DNA of 14,219 nt. It comes from Nitrosopumilus sp. (GTDB lineage: Archaea; Thermoproteota; Nitrososphaeria; Nitrososphaerales; Nitrosopumilaceae). How positions within the stretch are numbered: the first letter of the stretch is position 1; each line of letters opens with the position of its first letter. The position numbers were made by a program, and so were the translations under genes. Shown here one piece after another: positions 6,848 through 13,913 of this stretch. The DNA lies in contig JAOTUX010000007.1 in assembly GCA_029863665.1 (NCBI GenBank), positions 1 through 14,219 of the forward strand, read 5' to 3'. The notes below the pieces were generated by a model that saw nothing but the letters and a program-made list of their open reading frames with translations, had not been told where the DNA came from and made no database searches.

Positions 6848-7570
6848 ATGAGACAAAATTTAATCTCTTTACAATGTTACTGTGCAAAACCAGAAATTGT
6901 TTTTCTCCCCTTTGAAAACGAAACGGTCTGTAAAATATGCGGTGTGGTTCTACAAAACAATGAATCATCATACAACATAGAGCAAACAGTACCATATGAG
7001 ATGCTCTGCAAGACAAACCTCAATTTACACCAAAGAAAGCAAGTCGGTGGGGATCCACGTGATGAACAAATGATAACATCTACAAAATTTCATACAGAGT
7101 CAGATTCCCTCTTGGCATTCTCTGATGTCTGCCGCAAACTATCCCTTACTAGTGCCATCTCAGAGGACTCTTGGAAATCATTTTGCCATGACACCACAAA
7201 TCTAACAAAGGCAAAAAAGATGTGTCATGCAATATACCGGACTCTACAAAACAATGCAATCCCATATGATGAAAATATAGTTCAAAATATTATCTGTTGC
7301 AGCCTTGGTGTAAAAAACGCATCAGGCCCTAGAGGCATACAATTCAAGACTGATTCCTCTGCATTTACCTCAAAGGAGGTAAAGATGAGATTCTACCTGA
7401 ATTTATCAATTAAACAGGCACAAAATCAGTATGCTATATCTGATGTATCGGCACTGCAGAAAAATTCCAGAAACTATATGAATATCCTGATAGAGTCATT
7501 TCCAAACTCAGATTACAAGACCTTGGCAAAAAAGGCAACAGAGATGGCAAGACTGAGGTGTCTGAATTAA
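6848..7570 (+). CDS. Short TFB/TFIIB-like transcription factor (zinc ribbon plus apparently one cyclin-like repeat)
   Basis: The N-terminal ribbon CYC-x15-CKICGVVL (nt 6875-6952) resembles the TFB Cx2C-x15-17-Cx2CG(l/v)V(l/i) ribbon. Later, LSLTSAISEDSWKSF and KKMCHAIYRTLQNNAIPYDENIVQNI resemble the first cyclin repeat. At 240 aa it is shorter than cellular TFB (about 300 aa). Confidence 0.55.
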   Translation: MRQNLISLQCYCAKPEIVFLPFENETVCKICGVVLQNNESSYNIEQTVPYEMLCKTNLNLHQRKQVGGDPRDEQMITSTKFHTESDSLLAFSDVCRKLSLTSAISEDSWKSFCHDTTNLTKAKKMCHAIYRTLQNNAIPYDENIVQNIICCSLGVKNASGPRGIQFKTDSSAFTSKEVKMRFYLNLSIKQAQNQYAISDVSALQKNSRNYMNILIESFPNSDYKTLAKKATEMARLRCLN

Positions 7571-8676
7571 ACATCTCAACTGAAAATATGGTTCAGACCA
7601 TTCAGCCTGATTCAATTGTGTTGCTTTCAGAAAACATTGGAATTGTGATGGAGACAAATATCTTAAAGTACTCCTCAATGAAAACGCAAGACCTTCCAAT
7701 AGTTAGACTAGGAAAAGTAAATGACAAATTGTATGCCATAAATCACTATGATGTAGTACTTGGATGTAAACAGTCAAAAAATAATGCATTATGCACCATT
7801 GAAGAGTGTAAAAATATCTCAGATATTATAGTACAGCATTTTTGTGATGTACTATCTAGTGATATACTCAACACACCACTAGTTTACAATCTAGTTGATT
7901 CACTCCAAGAGAAATTAAAAACAGACAAGATTACAGTTCTAAAAATTCTTGGAATAGACAAACTCCAGTATTGTAGGTTGTTGATGGCAACTAACCATAT
8001 CTCAGAAGCTGCAATCTCAAAGCTAGAAGAACTGGTAAATGAACTCTCAAAGAGAAAAGGACTAACTGCAATTCAGGCAAGCACTCCAATTTATGTCCTA
8101 GAAAAGATATCTCGAATCACTGATGAATCACAACAAATTCAATTGATACACTTTATTGCGTCTGATCTAAGACCAAAAAGTGATTCAAGATTTTTCTGGA
8201 TGACACCAGAACAAATTGACTCCATAACTCAAATGATAAGACAAAATGCAACTCGTACAGAATATAGAGACGAGTCAACTGTTGCACAATTTGTCTTATC
8301 TGAAAATCTTGGAGAAAAAGAATCATCATCAAACAAAAACAAAAAACCAAAACCATCAAAAAAGACTAGAGAAATTCTTGAGGCCATTCCAAATATACTA
8401 GTCATTCCAGATGAGAAAGGAAACCCAGACATTTTAGTTGATAAAAAAACTGGTACAGTATCAAAAATAGATACATCATCAAACAAAAAAATCATAAAGA
8501 CAAGTCACATCCCATCAAAGAAGCTCTACTCCATACCATTTGATGTTGTAAATTTTCTTGAAATGGAGGGACAAATACGACATAAAAACATCACAGGTAC
8601 TGACAACCTCAAATTGTTCACAGATTCCCAGAAAGATTCTACACAAAGATACACAATATTTTGGAATGTATCATAG
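7558..8676 (+). CDS. Degenerate ParB-like N-terminal domain plus HTH protein with a lysine-rich low-complexity C-terminal region
   Basis: IQPDSIVLLSEN...LPIVRLGKVNDKLYAINHYDVVLGCKQ follows the ParB N-domain layout, but the GxxR box is replaced by NHYDVVLG. TVLKILGIDKLQYCRLLMATNHISEAAISKLEEL is a ParB-type HTH. The GTG start overlaps the upstream gene by 13 nt; an alternative ATG lies at 7588. Confidence 0.4.
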   Translation: MSELNISTENMVQTIQPDSIVLLSENIGIVMETNILKYSSMKTQDLPIVRLGKVNDKLYAINHYDVVLGCKQSKNNALCTIEECKNISDIIVQHFCDVLSSDILNTPLVYNLVDSLQEKLKTDKITVLKILGIDKLQYCRLLMATNHISEAAISKLEELVNELSKRKGLTAIQASTPIYVLEKISRITDESQQIQLIHFIASDLRPKSDSRFFWMTPEQIDSITQMIRQNATRTEYRDESTVAQFVLSENLGEKESSSNKNKKPKPSKKTREILEAIPNILVIPDEKGNPDILVDKKTGTVSKIDTSSNKKIIKTSHIPSKKLYSIPFDVVNFLEMEGQIRHKNITGTDNLKLFTDSQKDSTQRYTIFWNVS

Positions 8677-8679
8677 AAC

Positions 8680-9306
8680 TTGCAAAATAATAGAGATCTA
8701 TTATGGTATAGATGCAACATAAAGAGAAACTCTACAGGCTCAAAAATTCTTGAATCATCATATGTTTCAGGATTTTCTCTTTTAGAGATTTCAAAAAAGA
8801 CCAAAAAACAGTACAGATATACCAAAAAAATAGTTCTAGAGCTGAAATACTCTGGATATCTTGAATCAGAAAGCAAAGGGCGATATTCCATAACTCAGAA
8901 GGGTAGGTGGTTTGTCATATGTCAGAGACTTGGATTGTCTTTTTTGTCATTGTGTTTATTGGCTGAAGTTTATCACAGGGTCAATTCCAATCCAGAATTC
9001 TTTTACCAGTTTTCATCATTTAGGCAGTGTTATGAGACAGGATATGATGAGAATTTTACATATATGGCAATATATCGCAGACAAAACATTTCAAAATCCC
9101 TCAAACATTTGACATCAAGAAATCTAGTGTATGCATTAGGGGATTTTATCAAAATGACAAATACAATGATTGAATTTCTAAAAAAGTATCACCGAGATCT
9201 TGAATCGTTATTTTTGTGGTGCAGTGATATGTATGAAAAATGTATTTGCAATACAATTGAAAATAATAATTTTAATGCCAGTGGTATCTTGCAAGGATCC
9301 AATTAG
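8680..9306 (+). CDS. Winged helix-turn-helix DNA-binding protein (possibly two wHTH units)
   Basis: GFSLLEISKKTKKQYRYTKKIVLELKYSGYLESESKGRYSITQKGRWF is a classic wHTH with a wing hairpin. A second weaker unit lies around ISKSLKHLTSRNLVYALGDFIKMT. The TTG start is 3 nt after the upstream stop, and there is no in-frame ATG before the domain. Confidence 0.45.
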   Translation: MQNNRDLLWYRCNIKRNSTGSKILESSYVSGFSLLEISKKTKKQYRYTKKIVLELKYSGYLESESKGRYSITQKGRWFVICQRLGLSFLSLCLLAEVYHRVNSNPEFFYQFSSFRQCYETGYDENFTYMAIYRRQNISKSLKHLTSRNLVYALGDFIKMTNTMIEFLKKYHRDLESLFLWCSDMYEKCICNTIENNNFNASGILQGSN

Positions 9307-9383
9307 AGTGTCAAAAAATGCTACTTTGATTGGGTCTTTTGGTTTTATTCTATATGTTATGAGTGGTTGTGGAGTTTTTCCAG

Positions 9384-10037
9384 ATGAGAATAGTTTTGAT
9401 ACTAGTAATGTTTGGAGTAGCATCTATCTTTGACTATAAATCAAGAAAAGTTCCTGATGTTATCTGGATTGCTGGTATCAGTACAGGTGGAGTGATGTAT
9501 GTAATTGACTATGAAACATTTTCTGTATACCATGGAGTGAGCATTGTAACCTCTTGCTTTTTTGGTTTTATTTTGTACAGATTTAGGTTTGTCGGGATGG
9601 CAGACCTGTTTGGCATCATATCTGTTAGTGTGATACTACCAGTTCATTATACATTTGTAATGGTTCCAATATTAGGAACTATTTTGGCGCTGATTCTGGT
9701 CGTATCTACAATCATCTTGTACAATGTGACACTCAATGCAATTGACATGATGTCAAAAAGAAGACTATTTGGAGGATTTGCAGGGGAGCCGCCGTACAGA
9801 AAGTTCCTCGCAGTTTTCTTTATTCACAGAAAGAGAGGATACGAGAGATTTGTCATTTCAGCTGAGAGTCAATACCCGGCAATCCCAAAAAACAGGTCAT
9901 TTGTCCTGATATCTAGGAGCAAGGAAATTTCCCAGGTGGTGGGACTCGTGCAGAATGTGCCGCCATTTGTAGTGTTTATGATGATTGGAATGATCTTACT
10001 GTTGTTGCCTGAAATTCTGAATATAGTATTTTCTTAA
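9384..10037 (+). CDS. A24-family aspartic prepilin/preflagellin (archaellin) peptidase, polytopic membrane protein
   Basis: The first catalytic Asp lies in ASIFDYKSRKVPD and the second in a GxGD-like FVGMADLF about 57 residues later. There are several hydrophobic helices. I prefer ATG 9384 (GGAG about 10 nt upstream) over the tracked GTG at 9363. Confidence 0.75.
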   Translation: MRIVLILVMFGVASIFDYKSRKVPDVIWIAGISTGGVMYVIDYETFSVYHGVSIVTSCFFGFILYRFRFVGMADLFGIISVSVILPVHYTFVMVPILGTILALILVVSTIILYNVTLNAIDMMSKRRLFGGFAGEPPYRKFLAVFFIHRKRGYERFVISAESQYPAIPKNRSFVLISRSKEISQVVGLVQNVPPFVVFMMIGMILLLLPEILNIVFS

Positions 10038-10096
10038 TTTAGACTATAAAATTAATTTATAATTGATCCGAGATATTTTGTAATGTCATGACCGGC

Positions 10097-10133
10097 AGGA
10101 TTTGAAGGTTTTTGGTGATTGTTTTGGTACCAA
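10097..10133. repeat. Direct repeat copy 1 (37 bp) upstream of the copper oxidase gene; contains the 10-bp palindrome ttggtaccaa
   Basis: aggatttgaaggtttttggtgattgttttggtaccaa matches 13641-13677 at 33 of 37 positions. The palindrome is at 10124-10133. Confidence 0.7.
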
Positions 10134-10503
10134 CAGGTATGAATTATTATTCTTTTGCATCATTGAAAGTAACTGTACATTCGGTAGTTAATAATATCCT
10201 CTAATCATGTAAAAGTAGATGGCAACCAAAATTACAATAGATAATAACCTTAGTGGAACTTTCATAATTTGCTAAAAAAGAGAATCATAGCTTCAGGTTA
10301 AAGAAAGATTATGTGGATCATTTGGTGAGCATTCTAACTAAAAGTAGATCGTGTTTTATTTTTAAATAATAAAAACTATTTTTTCTAGTAAATTCATAAT
10401 TTCTTATAATTTCTCAAAAAATACTATCTTAATCATACTAGATTTTAGTTGCAGATCATGTTGGATCATAATATATTCACAATAATGCTATATTATACAT
10501 AAA

Positions 10504-13500
10504 ATGACCATACGAGATTTTTACCTAAAGATTGAACAAATTTCAAGTTATAGTCCAGTACACCCTGTTGACAAAGAGCCTCCGGGGGTGGAGTACAGTC
10601 GAGACTGTATGTATGGTGAAGGGCATGAGAATGGAAAAATACCACAAGCCGAAGTAGATGCCAGAACCCTTGACGCAATTGTATACCGGGAATACCTGGA
10701 TAAGGATTTTCTTATTCCAAAACCGGATAAAATGGTAGAATCGGATATCAATGAACCTGTGTTTGACAGTAGGATTGGAACTGTATTGTATGCTAGTCCT
10801 GGACAGACATTAAACATTCATGTTTTAAATGCAGATAACAAACCCCATTCCTTTCACATACATGGACTTGAATTTGGGATAGATTCAGACGGTGCTTGGC
10901 CCTTTGGTACACAAAATGAGGATGGCTCTAGATCAGATAGGATCTGTCCAGGAGAAAAATGGACTTACATCTTTAATGTCAGAGAGGAGATGATAGGGGT
11001 TTGGCCGTTCCATGATCATTTTGGGATGGTAGGAAAAAATATTGATAGAGGTTTGTTTGGAGGACTGATTGTTCAGCCAAAAGGCCAGATCACAATTCCG
11101 GAACTTGAAGTTTTTCCAAGAGAGTTTGAAGATTTGCTAGACAGGTATGTAAGAATCAAGGATATAATTGGTGAAGTTCCACAGCCTAGACCCAGACCAG
11201 ATCCTCCTCCCATATTTGAGAAAGACAGAGTATACATACGCGATCAAGTGGAATTTTTGAAAGAATGGTTGGGTGTTTTTATTGGAAAGCCACCAAAAAA
11301 GAAAAGAAAAACACTTCACGTTCCATTGTTTTTCCACAAAATGAAGAGTCATCAAAGCAAACCTGTTTTTGACACAGGAGACATAGAGGAATTAGGCGGA
11401 GAACACGAGGTTATTTTTAATAATCAGGGAGCCTTTGATTATTTTTGCATATACCATCCCATGATGGAAGGAAAAATCAATGTTGTCCCAGGAGGATCCC
11501 TTCTAGTTACAGTCAACATATTGGATAACCCTCAAATGGGATTTTATCCTCCAATAGTGGATATTGGAATAGGCGGAACTGTGAAATGGGTTAATCAAAG
11601 TCAGTTCCATCATACGGCTACTTCAAAGGAAGGTGCATCATTGGCCACCCATTGTTTTAATGGCAGAGGCTTTGTTGGAAACTCTCCTACCATTGTAGCT
11701 GAAAGTGGCCAGAAAATAAAATGGTATGTATTTAATTTGGATGTTGGTCACGAATGGCACAATTTTCATACACACTCACAAAGATGGAAATTAGGAAATG
11801 AAAACATTGATGTTAGAAGTTTAGGCCCTGCAGAATCATTTGCAGTTGAGACTACCGCACCGCCAGTCCTATTATTTCCAGATAAAGAGATGAATGATCT
11901 GCAAGAATGCAAAGTAAAGCCCAAAGATGCAAAGATATACAGACTCAAAGGAGATTTTGTATTTCACTGCCATGTTCACCATCATATGATGAATGGTATG
12001 GTAGGTTTGGTGCGCTCGTTCCAAAATGTTTGGCTAACTCCGGATATGATTACAAAGTTAAAAAAGACAAGAGGGTTTCCTCTTGATGATGGTACAAATA
12101 ATTGTCCAACACTTCCAGAAAGCTGTTCGAATTTAGATCTTGGGAGATGGGAAGAGATACCAGGTGATCCTGAAGTAACATTAATGCATTCTGTATTGTT
12201 ACCTAAAACACAAAAGGTCTTGTATTGGGGATATACAAGAGCAGATCAATCCAGGCTTTGGGATTATGGAACCAACACCTACTCTTCGCCAGTAAATCAA
12301 CCGGCTAGTTTACCCGGTGAAAATGAAAACACCTCCAATCTTTGGTCTGCAGAACATTCTTTTCTTGATGATACAGAGGGCACTGCGTTGATTCATGGAG
12401 GTTTAACTCAAGGACCAAATGGCACTCCAACTGAATCATTTCTTTTCAGTCCCTCAACACTTCAATGGAGCAAGACTAATTCAACAACGAATCCTAGATT
12501 TTATTCTACAACCATTACATTGGCTGATGGAAAATTAATTACCCTCTATGGTTCTAGTTCAAAATCCATCGAGGTGTATACGCCTGGAGCAGGTTGGGGA
12601 TCTCCAATCAATTTACCCTACCTTAACTACCGATATTATCCGTGGACATTTCTATTACCTGATGGCAGACTCTTTATTGCAGGGCCTGAATCTCCTACTC
12701 ACAGATTTGATTGGCAAAATCCAATAGTGGATCCTAACAACACTTGGAATACAAATGAGGGTACAAGAGATCAGTCTAGTCAAAACGGAACAGCAGTGAT
12801 ATTTCCGTTAAGACCGCCAAATTATGAACCAAGAGTTATGATTATGGGTGGAAGAAACCCAAATTTAATAAAATCATCTGAGACAATAGATCTTTCCTTG
12901 GGTGCCCCATCTTGGTCAAATCTGTCAGATATGAATGAGGCAAGAGGGAATCTCACTTCAGTATTGCTTCCAGATGGCAGAGTATTTGTTGCAGGCGGAA
13001 TACCAGGTGCACCAGGTGTGAACGATGGAGGTCCATCTGAGATATTTGATCCTCAAAATCCGAATGATGGATGGCAATTGGGACCAATAATGAAGTATCC
13101 GAGAAATTACCACTCTTCAATGATTTTATTGCCAGATGGTAGTATTCTAGCAGGAGGAGATCCTAGACAAGCAGGAAATCCAACTCCTCATGAAAGATAT
13201 TATCCTGGTTACTTTAACAAAACTAGACCACAAATTACAAACATTCCAAACACTACTGTAAACTATGGAAATAATTTTGATGTGCAAACTCCAAATTCAC
13301 CAGACATTACAGAAGTAGTTTTGATGTATCCTGGTGCTGTAACTCATAGCTTTAACATGACTCAGAGAATAATAGAATGTGAGATTGTAAATAATGTTGG
13401 AGGGATTGTACGGGTAAAAGCCCCAACAAATGGCAATATTGCACCACCCGGACACTATCTTGTTTTTATTCTTGATGCAAACAGAATACCTTCTACTGGT

Positions 13501-13524
13501 GAATGGATACGTCTTAGAAATTAG
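10504..13524 (+). CDS. Fusion protein: two-domain multicopper oxidase (ceruloplasmin-like cupredoxin pair) plus blue-copper motifs plus galactose/glyoxal-oxidase-like beta-propeller with DUF1929-type C-terminal domain
   Basis: The MCO ligand motifs are HSFHIHG (aa 115-121), WPFHDH (167-172), HNFHTH (419-424) and HCHVHHHMMNGM (488-499, HCH-x3-H-x4-M). A type 1 Cu loop FCIYHPMMEG sits at aa 314-323. The galactose-oxidase-like strings are PRFYSTTITLADGK (664-677), NYHSSMILLPDGSILAGG (868-885), AVTHSFNMTQR (945-955) and PPGHYLVFILDANRIPSTGEWIRL (981-1004). An in-frame TAA lies 18 nt upstream of the ATG, and there is no signal peptide. Confidence 0.9.
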   Translation: MTIRDFYLKIEQISSYSPVHPVDKEPPGVEYSRDCMYGEGHENGKIPQAEVDARTLDAIVYREYLDKDFLIPKPDKMVESDINEPVFDSRIGTVLYASPGQTLNIHVLNADNKPHSFHIHGLEFGIDSDGAWPFGTQNEDGSRSDRICPGEKWTYIFNVREEMIGVWPFHDHFGMVGKNIDRGLFGGLIVQPKGQITIPELEVFPREFEDLLDRYVRIKDIIGEVPQPRPRPDPPPIFEKDRVYIRDQVEFLKEWLGVFIGKPPKKKRKTLHVPLFFHKMKSHQSKPVFDTGDIEELGGEHEVIFNNQGAFDYFCIYHPMMEGKINVVPGGSLLVTVNILDNPQMGFYPPIVDIGIGGTVKWVNQSQFHHTATSKEGASLATHCFNGRGFVGNSPTIVAESGQKIKWYVFNLDVGHEWHNFHTHSQRWKLGNENIDVRSLGPAESFAVETTAPPVLLFPDKEMNDLQECKVKPKDAKIYRLKGDFVFHCHVHHHMMNGMVGLVRSFQNVWLTPDMITKLKKTRGFPLDDGTNNCPTLPESCSNLDLGRWEEIPGDPEVTLMHSVLLPKTQKVLYWGYTRADQSRLWDYGTNTYSSPVNQPASLPGENENTSNLWSAEHSFLDDTEGTALIHGGLTQGPNGTPTESFLFSPSTLQWSKTNSTTNPRFYSTTITLADGKLITLYGSSSKSIEVYTPGAGWGSPINLPYLNYRYYPWTFLLPDGRLFIAGPESPTHRFDWQNPIVDPNNTWNTNEGTRDQSSQNGTAVIFPLRPPNYEPRVMIMGGRNPNLIKSSETIDLSLGAPSWSNLSDMNEARGNLTSVLLPDGRVFVAGGIPGAPGVNDGGPSEIFDPQNPNDGWQLGPIMKYPRNYHSSMILLPDGSILAGGDPRQAGNPTPHERYYPGYFNKTRPQITNIPNTTVNYGNNFDVQTPNSPDITEVVLMYPGAVTHSFNMTQRIIECEIVNNVGGIVRVKAPTNGNIAPPGHYLVFILDANRIPSTGEWIRLRN

Positions 13525-13640
13525 ACCCGAAATGCATCATTACAGAATTGAATCGTTTGGTATGATATTAATCGTGATTCAGGTTAAATTCCATAATAGG
13601 GAATTGCATTCTTAGTTTAGTTCTCTAATTCAAGACTGAT

Positions 13641-13677
13641 AGAATTTGAAGGTTATGGGTGATTATTTTGGTACCAA
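13641..13677. repeat. Direct repeat copy 2 (37 bp) downstream of the copper oxidase gene; overlaps a perfect 20-bp palindrome
   Basis: agaatttgaaggttatgggtgattattttggtaccaa matches 10097-10133 at 33 of 37 positions. ttattttggtaccaaaataa (13663-13682) is a perfect palindrome centred on GGTACC. Confidence 0.7.
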
Positions 13678-13913
13678 AATAACTTTCATGTTATAATAAT
13701 TTCTTGAATTTTTTTAGTTATCTAATTCCTTGTAGAAATTTCAGTAAAAATATCCTTCTTTTATCAAAATTTCTCATACCATTTTGATTTCATTTGGGTA
13801 AATTCTGGTCACTATCACAAGAAAAGCAGTCAGGAGTACTGGATAAAACAAGAAACTTTTTGGGACAAACAAATGCCAGCATCTCTTGTTGTTCCCTAAA
13901 AGTTCCAATATCA

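Larger units (their letters stand above)
1..9306. mobile_element. Core of a putative plasmid-like or integrated archaeal mobile genetic element (replication, DNA modification, defence-like and regulatory genes); true boundaries not in the window
   Basis: Gene content typical of cryptic integrated elements or plasmids: prim-pol/SF3 helicase fusion, orphan Dam methyltransferase, PD-(D/E)XK nuclease, ParB-like proteins, Abi/HEPN-like genes and an element-type TFB. Genes are co-directional with overlapping start/stop codons. No integrase or confirmed att site is visible, so the extent is a guess. Confidence 0.5.

Noticed and set aside
7508-9433. Overlapping or antisense ORFs 7508..7699(-), 8153..8359(-), 8229..8495(-), 8526..8891(-), 8912..9112(+), 9200..9433(+), 9208..9423(-)
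   Set aside because: Each overlaps a longer co-linear gene with domain-level support. The translations are low-complexity or hydrophobic shadow frames. ORF 9200..9433 would also disrupt the tight operon spacing.
6073-10480. TATA-like boxes about 24-31 nt upstream of several starts (TTATAA 6075-6080, cttattaatc 6819-6828, aatatatt near 10473)
   Set aside because: The spacing fits leaderless archaeal promoters, but in DNA this AT-rich such strings occur by chance. I mention them without calling them as features.
10504-10600. Signal peptide, Tat motif or class III (prepilin-like) leader on the oxidase that the neighbouring A24 peptidase could cleave
   Set aside because: The N-terminus MTIRDFYLKIEQISSYSPVHPVDKEPPG has no hydrophobic core or twin-arginine motif, and an in-frame stop 18 nt upstream prevents extension.
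10493-11948. Minus-strand ORFs inside the oxidase gene (10493..10678, 10548..10817, 11137..11355, 11766..11948)
   Set aside because: They are antisense to a 1006-aa ORF with multiple copper-ligand motifs.
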